A stretch of 63,090 nucleotides of DNA, the filler included. It is 7 parts of 7 records of this genome, joined end to end, with 100 filler letters (N's around TTAATTAATTAA, not from the genome) between each part and the next. Parts side by side here need not be neighbours in the genome. Positions count along the whole stretch, not along the records: positions 5,334 to 12,643 come from SRR31156797_31224; positions 12,744 to 21,849 come from SRR31156797_31234; 5 more parts are not named here. One strand, given 5' to 3'. Shown here one piece after another: positions 8,741-17,817 of the stretch. Position 1 is the first letter of the stretch, and every line of letters begins with the position of its first letter. Position numbers and translations under genes: made by a program. The notes under the pieces are model-generated. The model saw only the letters and a list, made by a program, of their open reading frames with translations, was not told the DNA's origin and made no database searches.

Positions 8741-9797
8741 CAGTTTCGGAACGGCATTCAGAATCACAACCTTCGGCGAGTCTCACGGACGGGGCGTCGG
8801 CGTCACCGTGGACGGTATCCCTCCCGGACTTCCCATTTGCGAGGAAGATATCCAGCCGGAGATGGATCGCCGCAAGCCGGGTCAGTCTGACATGACCACC
8901 CCCCGGAAAGAGAGCGACACCGTAACCATACAGAGCGGCGTTTTCGAAGGAAAGGCGACGGGCACACCCCTGATGATGATCCTCCACAACACCAATACCA
9001 TCAGCAGCGACTACAATGACGTGAAGGACAAATACCGTCCCGGCCACGCCGACTACACCTATCACAAGAAGTACGGCATCCGCGACTGGCGGGGCAGCGG
9101 CCGCGCCTCCGGAAGGGAGACGGCCGGCCGTGTGGCCGCAGGCGCCGTGGCGAAGAAAATCCTCGCCCGGAAGGGGATCAAGGTATCCGCCTACACCCTG
9201 GCCGCCGCGGGCATCCGATGCGAAAAGTACATTCCCGAACAGATAGAGAAGAACCCTCTGAGAGCCTGCGATCCCGACGCCGCCGTCAGGATGGCCGAGG
9301 TAGTGGAGCGCCTGATAGCCGAGGGCAACAGCGCCGGAGGCATCATCGAATGCAGGATAAACGGAGTGCCCGCAGGTCTGGGAGAACCTGTCTTCGACAA
9401 GCTGGAGGCAGATCTGGGCAAAGCCATCCTCTCCATCGGCGCCGTCAAGGGTTTTGAGCTGGGAGAGGGCTTCGGCGTTGCGGATATGTTCGGCACCGAG
9501 CATAACGACGATATGGACGCTTCCGGCTTCATGACCAACCATGCCGGCGGCATCACAGGCGGTATTTCCACGGGACAGGAGATCATCTTCCGGGCGGCCG
9601 TAAAGCCCACCGCCTCCATCTCGGCCCCCCAGCGCACCGTCGATACGGAGGGAAGGGAAACGGAGATCCGTACCGAGGGGCGCCACGACCCCATCATCTG
9701 CCCCCGTATCGTGCCTGTGATGGAAGCCATGGCCGCCATAGTCCTCTGCGACCACTTACTGCGATTCGAGGGCCAGAAGGCCCTTCAGATGAGCTGA
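8730..9797 (+). CDS. aroC: Chorismate synthase
   Basis: TTFGESHG, RPGHADYT, GRASGRETA and GRHDP motifs. Confidence 0.97.
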   Translation: MAGNSFGTAFRITTFGESHGRGVGVTVDGIPPGLPICEEDIQPEMDRRKPGQSDMTTPRKESDTVTIQSGVFEGKATGTPLMMILHNTNTISSDYNDVKDKYRPGHADYTYHKKYGIRDWRGSGRASGRETAGRVAAGAVAKKILARKGIKVSAYTLAAAGIRCEKYIPEQIEKNPLRACDPDAAVRMAEVVERLIAEGNSAGGIIECRINGVPAGLGEPVFDKLEADLGKAILSIGAVKGFELGEGFGVADMFGTEHNDDMDASGFMTNHAGGITGGISTGQEIIFRAAVKPTASISAPQRTVDTEGRETEIRTEGRHDPIICPRIVPVMEAMAAIVLCDHLLRFEGQKALQMS

Positions 9798-9800
9798 GGA

Positions 9801-10526
9801 TTACTTTTCAGATCGGGCCGTCACGATCAGGGGAAGTCGGCCGCTCCCGGCGGCCGAACCGTCCCAGCCTCCCATGGTCTCCCACTCGGCAAAGGCGTTC
9901 ATACTCAAGAGAGCCATAAGGGCTTCGGGCATGAGGGGATAATGGGTGACCGAGCTCCGGTAAGTCTCACCGCTTTTCTTGTCTTCCAGGGAGGTGTGAA
10001 AAAAGAGCCTTCCCTTCTCTTCTGAGCTCTTGTACTCCCGGACGAACCGGCAGTGATCGCTCTCCAGAACCGGAAAAGCCTGCCCCTCCTCCAGGATATT
10101 CGAGTAGTTCAGGATCTGGAGGATCAGTAGGCCTCCGGGCTTGAGGGAGGCGCATACCTGTCCCAGGAATCGAATCTGTCTGGAAAAATCTATATGAACG
10201 GCCGTATTTCCAAGACATGTGATGACGTCGAATTTTTCATCGCCGCAGAGAGCGGCGATATCGGAGATGTCGCCGACGCGGAACAGGCCATCTTCCCCGG
10301 GAGCGGAGAGACGTGCCCGGGCCTTGCCCACCATGGCCGGATCCAGATCAAAGCCTCTGGCGTCCACCCCGCTGCCTCTCAGCCGCTCTACCAGGGCGCC
10401 GCTCCCGCAGCCGGCGTCCATCAGCGTCATACCCGGTTTGCAATGGCCGCCAACGAAACGGGCGCAATCCTCATCCAGGGGAAATATTTCATCGTAGTAA
10501 CGTGACAATAGCGTATAAAAATCCAT
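9801..10526 (-). CDS. Class I SAM-dependent methyltransferase
   Basis: MDAGCGSG, GFDLD, CLGNT..H and LKPGG motifs. Confidence 0.9.
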   Translation of the reverse strand: MDFYTLLSRYYDEIFPLDEDCARFVGGHCKPGMTLMDAGCGSGALVERLRGSGVDARGFDLDPAMVGKARARLSAPGEDGLFRVGDISDIAALCGDEKFDVITCLGNTAVHIDFSRQIRFLGQVCASLKPGGLLILQILNYSNILEEGQAFPVLESDHCRFVREYKSSEEKGRLFFHTSLEDKKSGETYRSSVTHYPLMPEALMALLSMNAFAEWETMGGWDGSAAGSGRLPLIVTARSEK

Positions 10527-10565
10527 AATTCAGTATACCTTATCTTCCATTATGCCCCATATACG

Positions 10566-10593
10566 AAAAAAAAACCGCCCCGAAAGGCGGTTT
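10566..10593 (-). terminator. Terminator of the oxidative-stress operon
   Basis: A-run followed by CCGCC-CCGAAA-GGCGG (U-tail on the minus strand). Confidence 0.8.
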
Positions 10594-10615
10594 CTATAAA
10601 ACGGACTCTTATCTG

Positions 10616-10774
10616 TCAGTCTGCGGGTGAAAAGTCGGACTTCTCGGCACCGCAGAGAGGGCAGACCCAATCCTCGGGAATATCGGCGAACTGGGTTCCG
10701 GCGGGAACGCCGTTGTCGGGATCGCCTTCGGCGGGATCGTAGATATAGCCGCATACATCACATACATATTTCAT
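10616..10774 (-). CDS. rub: Rubredoxin (52 aa; absent from the ORF track)
   Basis: Manual translation gives [52 protein letters not shown], with two CxxC motifs and a GGAGG RBS. Confidence 0.96.
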   Translation of the reverse strand: MKYVCDVCGYIYDPAEGDPDNGVPAGTQFADIPEDWVCPLCGAEKSDFSPAD

Positions 10775-10854
10775 TACATTACCTCCGATTCCGGATTGAT
10801 TCCGGTTTCAATTTCTAGTATCCGCTCCGGGGAGCGATATTGCAAGTATTTATT

Positions 10855-11229
10855 TCAGCCCTTCCAGAGACCGTGCAGATTGCAGTACTCTCTGGCACTC
10901 ACTTCGCCGGCTTCCACACAGAATTCGGCCACCGGCTGATCGCCGGGTTTCAGATTCTGACGATAGACCTTGCCGTCGGCAATCAGCTCGATCCACTGAA
11001 TGGAATGCTCTTCCGTCATGGGGTGAAGGGTGCTTCCCACGGTGACCTTGAATCCCTTGTCGGTCTTCTCGATAACGGGAACGTGCTTCTCCGTCGACGA
11101 GTCGGCCGTTTTCTCTTCCAGAAGCTTCATATTCTCACCGCAGCAGACGAGGGGAGCCCCTCCCGCATAGAGTACCTCAACGATATTTCCGCAGTGCTCG
11201 CATTTGTATACCTGATTCACAGCATTCAT
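10855..11229 (-). CDS. dfx: Desulfoferrodoxin (2Fe superoxide reductase)
   Basis: CEHC...CCG desulforedoxin site, EKHVP, HPM.EEH.I and CNLHG. Confidence 0.96.
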   Translation of the reverse strand: MNAVNQVYKCEHCGNIVEVLYAGGAPLVCCGENMKLLEEKTADSSTEKHVPVIEKTDKGFKVTVGSTLHPMTEEHSIQWIELIADGKVYRQNLKPGDQPVAEFCVEAGEVSAREYCNLHGLWKG

Positions 11230-11256
11230 TTTCTTTCTCCTAATGTATAGATTCTC

Positions 11257-11832
11257 TTACCAGTTCTCGCCGAGAAGTTCGAAGTGGGCCTGGGGATGAT
11301 CGCACGCGGGACACTTGGCGGGGGCGATCTTACCTTCGTAGAGATAACCGCAGTTCCTGCATCTCCATACGACGTCCTCGCTCTTTTCGAACATGGTCCC
11401 TTCGTCGATAAGCTTTTTCAGGCCGAGATAGCGTTTCTCATGCTGTTTTTCGGCTACGGCGATGGCCTCGAAAACGGCGGCGATGACATTGAACCCCTCT
11501 TCCCTCGCGGTTTCCGCAAACTCGGGGTACATCGTCGTCCACTCGTAGTGTTCTCCCGCGGCTGCTTCTGCCAGGTTCTCGCTTGTGGTTCCGATCACGC
11601 CGGCGGGGAAGCTGCCGGTAATCTCAACCTCGCCGCCTTCCAGCAGCTTAAACAGTCTCTTGGCATGTTCTTTTTCCTGATTAGCAGTCTCCTCGAACAC
11701 ATCGGCAATCTGAACGAAACCTTCCTTCTTCGCTTTGGATACGAAGTATGTATAGCGATTTCTAGCCTGAGACTCTCCGCAGAAAGCGGTGAGGATATTC
11801 TTTTCTGTCTTAGTACCTTTCAAACTTGCCAT
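11257..11832 (-). CDS. rbr: Rubrerythrin
   Basis: MASLKGTKTEKN..GESQARNRY, EKEHA, EKQHE and C-terminal CRNC...CPAC. Confidence 0.96.
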   Translation of the reverse strand: MASLKGTKTEKNILTAFCGESQARNRYTYFVSKAKKEGFVQIADVFEETANQEKEHAKRLFKLLEGGEVEITGSFPAGVIGTTSENLAEAAAGEHYEWTTMYPEFAETAREEGFNVIAAVFEAIAVAEKQHEKRYLGLKKLIDEGTMFEKSEDVVWRCRNCGYLYEGKIAPAKCPACDHPQAHFELLGENW

Positions 11833-11954
11833 AGAAAACTCCTTGATAACAATAAAATATTTTGAACAGACGCCCCATCCTTCATACAAAGGGGTGTATA
11901 TGGGTATTGCCGCCTGTATGGAAACCAGATTAATCCGATTTAAACTATAGACGA

Positions 11955-12359
11955 TCAGTCCTGATTTTCAAGCAACTTCGCACATTCGCTGCAAAAACCC
12001 TGGTAATTGAGGGTTTTCGAAGTAATCCTGCGCTCCTTGACCCAGGGATGATCCCCGTCAAGATCCGGAGCCCCAAGTTCGAAGGGTATGTCCTCGATCT
12101 TGCCGCAGGCCTCGCAGCGAAAATGGGGATGGGGGTCCACATTGTAATCAAAGCGCTTCTGCCCCCCCGTGGTCTCGATCTTAACGATAATCCCCTGCTG
12201 CGCCAGGCTTTCCAGGTTTCTGTAAACGGTTCCCAGGCTAATCCGGGGCAGCTCCTTTCTCACCAGCTCAAAAACCATATCCGCGGAGGGATGCTCCTTG
12301 CTCCTGCTCAGGGTGTCCAGAATGATTTTTTTCTGGGCGGTCATCCGTGTCGCTTTCAT
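11955..12359 (-). CDS. perR: Fur-family peroxide regulator PerR-like
   Basis: HPSA, ISLGTVYRNL, HPHFRCEACG and CSEC motifs; first gene of the rbr-dfx-rub operon. Confidence 0.85.
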   Translation of the reverse strand: MKATRMTAQKKIILDTLSRSKEHPSADMVFELVRKELPRISLGTVYRNLESLAQQGIIVKIETTGGQKRFDYNVDPHPHFRCEACGKIEDIPFELGAPDLDGDHPWVKERRITSKTLNYQGFCSECAKLLENQD

Positions 12360-12396
12360 ATTAATGATAATAATTACTATTACTGTTTATTGTCAA
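12360..12396 (-). promoter_or_regulatory. Promoter with overlapping Fur/Per box; probably leaderless
   Basis: Minus strand reads TTGACA-18bp-TATTAT-7nt-ATG. A 7-1-7 box TGATAAT-A-ATTACTA lies at 12365-12379. Confidence 0.65.
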
Positions 12397-12450
12397 GGAG
12401 ATTCGCGTTTTTTTTTCAGCTCCGCCTTCCCGGACCTTCACAGCGATGAA

Positions 12451-12643
12451 TCAGACATAGTAAGACTGCTGGCTCTTAAGCACCCTTCTTCTGGAGGCCC
12501 GGATTTCATCGGCATAGCTTTCTATCAATTCGGCCAGACTCTCCTTCAGTCTGGTGTAGCCGAACTCCATGGCGGCGGCATTGAAGCTGTCCTCCGTCCG
12601 TTTGCGAGCATACTCCCTGTCCATAAGGAGCCGATAGACGGCT
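12451..12643 (-). CDS. C-terminal fragment of a protein, possibly a GT-B glycosyltransferase; 5'-truncated
   Basis: Open frame AVYRLLMDREYARKRTEDSFNAAAMEFGYTRLKESLAELIESY...YYV* running from the contig edge. Confidence 0.45.
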
Positions 12644-12743
12644 NNNNNNNNNNNNNNNNNNNNNNNNNNNNNNNNNNNNNNNNNNNNTTAATTAATTAAN
12701 NNNNNNNNNNNNNNNNNNNNNNNNNNNNNNNNNNNNNNNNNNN
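12644..12743. other. Artificial contig linker
   Basis: 44 N + TTAATTAATTAA + 44 N. Confidence 0.98.
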
Positions 12744-12904
12744 ACGTATTCAACGTCCGATTTTTTCTCGAGATCTCCACCAAATACGCTGTGTAGTATT
12801 CGGGTTACATCTCCGATAGTTAAACCGGTAAACTCAATCTCATAACCAACACAGCGAACCTGTTCTTTTTCTGTTGTGGTTAACGGCGGGGTTTTAAAAG
12901 CCAT
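12744..12904 (-). CDS. Putative amidoligase (COOH-NH2 ligase, Amidoligase_2-like) N-terminus, truncated
   Basis: GGAGG RBS; MAFKTPP...VRCVGYEIEFTGL carries the G.E.EF motif. Confidence 0.6.
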
Positions 12905-13023
12905 TATCGCCTCCACTCATTTATCTGATGACTGTATTAAGAACAATGTTCTAACGTGACACTATTCATAACATAAATGAGTCACTCAAAAAACCTTGCG
13001 TCTTTTAAGTTTAAAAAACTCGG

Positions 13024-13653
13024 TCACTCAAAAGCGCCTTTACGAAATCCTTTTAGCCATTGATCAGCGATCCTTCTCCCCTTTGCGGCATCTGGCACAC
13101 CTGACGAGGACAAACACTCTCTTAACCAAATTCCGTCTATCAGCGCCATTAAACTGTCTGCTGCAAATGCGATGTTCTCAGTAGAGAGATTTTCTTCAAC
13201 ACAAATATCGGTCAGCAGCGCTTTAAGTAACCCAAGAGTTTGTTGGTTCACTTCTGAATATGTCTGATACATTTCTTGTGAATCACGAGTCAGGCTCCAG
13301 AAAACAAGCCAGGCTTTGAGTAAGTCTGGGTCAAGTACCTCAGCAGAAATATACTCATCAAAAAACAGCGCCATTTTTGCTGAAGCACTCTCTTGAGGGC
13401 TATTTTTGATCTTGTCTTTAATCAGCGTTAAATACTTTTCAGAAATGTAGCGGTATGACTCAGCAATTAAGTTGTAAACCGAACCAAAGTGATGGTTAAC
13501 CAAACCTTGTGACACTTCTGCATGCTTGGTAATTTTTCTCACTGAAAGACCCGCATAGCCTTCGGTAATTAAACACTGAATAGCACTGTTGATGAGCAAC
13601 GCTTTCCGTTCATCAGGCTCACAACGGGCAAACTTTTTATCCTGACTGGCCAT
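13024..13653 (-). CDS. TetR family regulator (BetI-like C-terminal domain)
   Basis: HTH LSVRKITKHAEVSQGLVNHHFGS; W..FW and ALIDGIWL motifs. Confidence 0.9.
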   Translation of the reverse strand: MASQDKKFARCEPDERKALLINSAIQCLITEGYAGLSVRKITKHAEVSQGLVNHHFGSVYNLIAESYRYISEKYLTLIKDKIKNSPQESASAKMALFFDEYISAEVLDPDLLKAWLVFWSLTRDSQEMYQTYSEVNQQTLGLLKALLTDICVEENLSTENIAFAADSLMALIDGIWLRECLSSSGVPDAAKGRRIADQWLKGFRKGAFE

Positions 13654-13706
13654 ATTTCTCCGACTAGGGTCTATTGACTAAGGTTTTGTAGCTAATCATA
13701 AACCAC

Positions 13707-13733
13707 TCGGGACTCGAAAACACGGAGTCCCGA
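13707..13733. terminator. Intergenic hairpin / possible terminator
   Basis: TCGGGACTC-N9-GAGTCCCGA. Confidence 0.5.
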
Positions 13734-13781
13734 AACGGTCAGATCACAACAATAATTTATAACAGGAGGGGTGAGCAGAGG

Positions 13782-14654
13782 CTATTCACGCACAATAGGG
13801 TTAGTTAAGCACGTTGGCCCACCTTCACAAGCGACACATAACGCATCACCATCGAAAACACTCACTTTAACGCCATGCTCTTCCATCACTTGTTTCGTTT
13901 TTGGAAAGCCGTCAATCATGATGCAATTATCTGGTGTAGTAGGTAATACGTTTAAATTCAGACCAAATGACGCTTCGAATTCATCAGCAGGCGCAACCAC
14001 AAACTCGATACCTTCTGCTTGCATTAACTGCCATAAACGAGTCGGGATCAGTGGAGGGTGCACGAGATATTTCTTCTCTGTGAGTGGAGAAATAACCGAC
14101 ATTAAATGCAAACATGCACTCTCACCTGACCAATAAGGCATATCAAAGCCAAGAACTTTAACACCGTGAGGGTTGAGCAATGCATTTAACTGATTAACAC
14201 CTTCTTCATTTGAACGGAAACCGATGCCGACAAGTAATGTATTGTCGTTAAGCCAGATAAGATCACCACCTTCAATTTTGGCGTCACCGGTAAGTTCGCC
14301 AAGAATCGGAATATTAAGCTGACTAAATTTGCTCTTATGAAGCTCCGGCTCAGGCGTTCGCAGCGGTTTACCCATTCGTAGAGGGATGACGCCCGCTTTG
14401 GTGACCAAAGATGCGTCACGCGTGAACATGGCATCAGAAAGACCATCACCCTCATCATCAATCCAATCGATTCTCGCACCACTTTGCTCAATCAGGTGGC
14501 AAAACTCTTCATATTGCTTAATCGCTTTCTCAGGATTAAAAAGATGGTTGTAATGCCACTCTTCTGCGTCTGCCTGTAAAAAACTTGCACCAGGTTTACG
14601 CATCAATACACGTGACATCTTCCCAGCCATTGACTGACATCCATAATCTGACAT
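13782..14654 (-). CDS. Guanidino-group modifying enzyme (DDAH / arginine deiminase / amidinotransferase superfamily)
   Basis: DAMFTRD, IEGGD, CLHL and C-terminal GGPTCLT provide the Asp/Glu-His-Cys catalytic set. Likely start MSDYGCQ at 14654. Confidence 0.88.
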   Translation of the reverse strand: MSDYGCQSMAGKMSRVLMRKPGASFLQADAEEWHYNHLFNPEKAIKQYEEFCHLIEQSGARIDWIDDEGDGLSDAMFTRDASLVTKAGVIPLRMGKPLRTPEPELHKSKFSQLNIPILGELTGDAKIEGGDLIWLNDNTLLVGIGFRSNEEGVNQLNALLNPHGVKVLGFDMPYWSGESACLHLMSVISPLTEKKYLVHPPLIPTRLWQLMQAEGIEFVVAPADEFEASFGLNLNVLPTTPDNCIMIDGFPKTKQVMEEHGVKVSVFDGDALCVACEGGPTCLTNPIVRE

Positions 14655-14725
14655 TAACTTCTCCCTCATAATGAATGAAATAGATTGGGCGGACGACGTT
14701 AGCCCGCCAATAAAATTTAAGTGGT

Positions 14726-15481
14726 TTACGGCGCGATGTTAGTGCCGAAGTACTGCATTGACAGCTTGTCGTAGTAATCGCTTTTCACGATTTTGTCGAT
14801 GGTCGCACTGAGTTTTTGCTCAAGCGCGGTTTCTTCCAATCTGACTGCCGCTGCAATACCTTTACCCAGAATTGGCTCATAAGGCACTTTGCCGTAGTAC
14901 TCCAAACCCGCTTTGTTTGCGTTAAAGAACTCTGTTGCAGGAATATCATCCGCGATCATGTAATCGAGACGACCCGCCATTAGATCAGAGTTAACCGCAT
15001 CTTGTGTATCGTATTGACGAACAGTCGCAAACTTGCCGAACTTCTCTTTTGCATAGAAAGCCGCGATTGTAGATGTTTGAACACCAATAATTTTGCCTTT
15101 TAACGCGTCTTTAGTCGGTGCAAATTCCTGACCCGCCAGACCGACAAACGCAGGGATAGTATTGTAGTAAGGATGAGTAAACAGCACTTTCTTCGAGCGT
15201 TCATCGGTAACCGTCATGGACGCAAAAATCACATCAATTTTGTCACTGACCAATGCGGGAATAATGCCATCCCATGCAATCTCTTTGATTTGGCAATCTA
15301 AGCTCGCTTCCTCACAAATCTTGTGAATCAAATCGATTTCAAATCCTTTCCAGCTACCATCCGATTGCTTAGTCGCAAATGGTGGGTACGGTTCTGCTGC
15401 AACAGAGAACTTAACGGTATCTGCTGCATTGACAGCTTGAGCGGCCAACAGGCCAGTGAGTATTAGTAGCGCCTTTTTCAT
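14726..15481 (-). CDS. Basic amino acid ABC substrate-binding protein (ArgT/HisJ-like)
   Basis: Signal peptide; YPPF, GFEIDL, WDGIIPAL, SMTVTDER and IGVQ motifs. Confidence 0.9.
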   Translation of the reverse strand: MKKALLILTGLLAAQAVNAADTVKFSVAAEPYPPFATKQSDGSWKGFEIDLIHKICEEASLDCQIKEIAWDGIIPALVSDKIDVIFASMTVTDERSKKVLFTHPYYNTIPAFVGLAGQEFAPTKDALKGKIIGVQTSTIAAFYAKEKFGKFATVRQYDTQDAVNSDLMAGRLDYMIADDIPATEFFNANKAGLEYYGKVPYEPILGKGIAAAVRLEETALEQKLSATIDKIVKSDYYDKLSMQYFGTNIAP

Positions 15482-15506
15482 TTCAACTTCTCCATGTTTT
15501 ACTGAA

Positions 15507-16388
15507 CTAAGAACCAGCATTGCAGGCTAACATTCGTGTTTTTCGCCCGTTCGCAATCACTGAAATAATTCCGCTAAACGCTATCAATAACGCGCCTAGC
15601 ACTAAGAAAGTGTCCGGTGTATCTCCCCAAATAAAGAACGAAAGTAAGAACGCCCAAATCAACCCGCTGTATTCAATCGGAGCTAATGTTGACGCTTCTA
15701 CACGCTCGAAACTTGCAAATAAAAAGTACTGACCCAGCCCACCAATCAAGCCAATACCAAGCATCAGGACTATGGTGCCCGAATCCCACGCGGTGAAAGT
15801 CCAAGGTAAGCTGGCACCTGTGGTCGCAACAAACATAGAGTTCGCTGCAAACATCTGAATCAAAACGCTCACTTTGCCAGAAAGCTTACGCAGCAATATG
15901 TAGGTATAAGCCCAAAGCACTGCTGAAAATAACGCATACCCCACAGCCAGAGTTTGATTGGTAAATCCGGGGCGCGATGCGATAAGCACGCCGACAAACC
16001 CTATGGCGACGGCTGACCACTGCATCTTTGTTGGCTGCTCTTTTAGCAATACCACCGCTAAAGCCACCACGATGACAGGAGCGGAATAATAAAGAGTCGT
16101 CATCTGTGCCAGTGATAATGTAATCGCAGACAAGTAGTAGAAAACCCACGCCATTGCAGCAATAAAACTGCGCCATAGAAGCGGCTTAAGTACTGGTGAG
16201 TCTAAAGTATTCATTACCATGGTTTTGCCGCCAACCACTAAGCAGACAATCACCATGGATAAGCTGCGCCAAAACAGAAGTTCAGCCACCGAGAAATCCG
16301 AAACCAGCCATTTCATCACCGCGTCTTGCGCTGCGAGACATATATAGGCCGCAAAGCTAAACAGAATACCTTTGTTTACTTCTGTCAT
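15507..16388 (-). CDS. DMT/EamA family transporter
   Basis: About ten TM segments in two EamA repeats; GFVGVLIASRPG and ASTLAPIEY motifs. Confidence 0.9.
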   Translation of the reverse strand: MTEVNKGILFSFAAYICLAAQDAVMKWLVSDFSVAELLFWRSLSMVIVCLVVGGKTMVMNTLDSPVLKPLLWRSFIAAMAWVFYYLSAITLSLAQMTTLYYSAPVIVVALAVVLLKEQPTKMQWSAVAIGFVGVLIASRPGFTNQTLAVGYALFSAVLWAYTYILLRKLSGKVSVLIQMFAANSMFVATTGASLPWTFTAWDSGTIVLMLGIGLIGGLGQYFLFASFERVEASTLAPIEYSGLIWAFLLSFFIWGDTPDTFLVLGALLIAFSGIISVIANGRKTRMLACNAGS

Positions 16389-16396
16389 GTTGCCTC

Positions 16397-17083
16397 CTAG
16401 GCTCGTACCGGAATACGTTTTTCAACGCGATAAAAGAAAAACTCAATTAGATACGTCAGAACAACGTAGATAACCGCTACCAATAAAAGTGGCTTATAAA
16501 TATCAAATGTCATTGAACGCAACTGGTTGGCTGCACCGAGAAGATCAACCACAGCAATGGTTGAAGCCAGAGCAGTGGATTTTAATAACAGCACCGTTTC
16601 CCCTGCTAACGTCGGCGTAAGCTGGTACAAAGCACGAGGGAGCTTTACTCGCAGCATAACTTTAGCTGACTTCATGCCAAACGCTTTTGCCGCTTCCACT
16701 TCACCTTTTGGTACGGAAAGCAAACCGCCTCGGAGAACCTCTCCCAGATAGGCGCCCGTGGATAAAATCAAAGCGAACGCTACATACCAGTATCCATCTC
16801 TTAGATAAGGCCAAATAAAGCTAGTACGGATACTTGGGTTAAACGCAAACAACGTCCCTAACCCGTAATAATAAACGTAGATCTGAACCAAAAGAGGCGT
16901 TCCTCTCGTCACACTGGTAAACATAAAAGCACATGCACCAATGATTCGGTTTGATGACAGACGCGCTAATGCCACCAATATGGATAACGCAAAACCCAAC
17001 ACAAGGGAGATAGCCAACAGTGAGATCGTTGTTTGCAAACCGCCCAAGAGTAAATCTGAATATTCGAGTAATTCTTCCATCAT
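16397..17083 (-). CDS. Amino acid ABC permease, HisM-like
   Basis: RGTPLLVQ, EAA loop GEVEAAKAFGM and LLKSTAL. Confidence 0.92.
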   Translation of the reverse strand: MMEELLEYSDLLLGGLQTTISLLAISLVLGFALSILVALARLSSNRIIGACAFMFTSVTRGTPLLVQIYVYYYGLGTLFAFNPSIRTSFIWPYLRDGYWYVAFALILSTGAYLGEVLRGGLLSVPKGEVEAAKAFGMKSAKVMLRVKLPRALYQLTPTLAGETVLLLKSTALASTIAVVDLLGAANQLRSMTFDIYKPLLLVAVIYVVLTYLIEFFFYRVEKRIPVRA

Positions 17084-17091
17084 TATTCCCC

Positions 17092-17802
17092 TTAGTGTTT
17101 AGGCTGCCAACGGCGTAAGTTGATCTCCAGCTGTCTTAAAACAAAGCTGGAGATAAGCGTAATCACGTAATAAATTGCGGCTGCGGTGAGGAAGAAAATT
17201 AGATACTCACGAGTGGAACCGCCTGCTTGCTTTGCGGTATATAACAGCTCATTCGTTCCCACAACACTGATTAGTGCGCTGTCTTTGATAAGGTTAAGCC
17301 ACAGGTTAGATAACCCAGCCAGAACATTTGGTGCCATCATTGGCAAAGTCATACGCCAGAACAGTTTACGTCCTGACATACCGTAAGCTTTCGCCGCTTC
17401 AATATGCCCTGAGTTGAGAGAAACGATGGCACCTCGGAATATTTCAGAAGAATAAGCCCCCTGCACTAAACCAAGAACAAGAATTGCAACCGGCAAACCA
17501 GCCACTTCGATTTCACCGAAACCCAGCGTTGCTGCGACAGTGGTAATCACGCTACTACCGCCATAAAACAACACAATAATTAGCAGCAATTCAGGTACCG
17601 CGCGACAAACCGTCGTGTAAACTTTTGCTATCTGATACCAAAAGCCACTGCCACGTAACTTAACAACGGCAGCAATCAACCCAATAACAATGCCAACAAT
17701 GAAAGCACCAACCGAAATCTGCATTGTTACCCAAGTACCTTTGAGTAATGCAGCTCCCCAGCCCTCACTGCCAAATCCGATAAGTTGAAGTATGTGATCC
17801 AT
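17092..17802 (-). CDS. Amino acid ABC permease, HisQ-like
   Basis: RAVPELL, EIFRGA, GHIEAAKAYGM and LIKDSALISV. Confidence 0.92.
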   Translation of the reverse strand: MDHILQLIGFGSEGWGAALLKGTWVTMQISVGAFIVGIVIGLIAAVVKLRGSGFWYQIAKVYTTVCRAVPELLLIIVLFYGGSSVITTVAATLGFGEIEVAGLPVAILVLGLVQGAYSSEIFRGAIVSLNSGHIEAAKAYGMSGRKLFWRMTLPMMAPNVLAGLSNLWLNLIKDSALISVVGTNELLYTAKQAGGSTREYLIFFLTAAAIYYVITLISSFVLRQLEINLRRWQPKH

Positions 17803-17817
17803 CTTTCACTCCACCTT

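Noticed and set aside
5367-12699. Many long antisense/overlapping ORFs in the GC-rich segment (e.g. 8718-9755, 6381-7013, 11284-11865, 10530-10754)
   Set aside because: They are shadows of well-supported genes, expected at high GC3. The Arg-rich 10530-10754 ORF is an alternate frame of rubredoxin.
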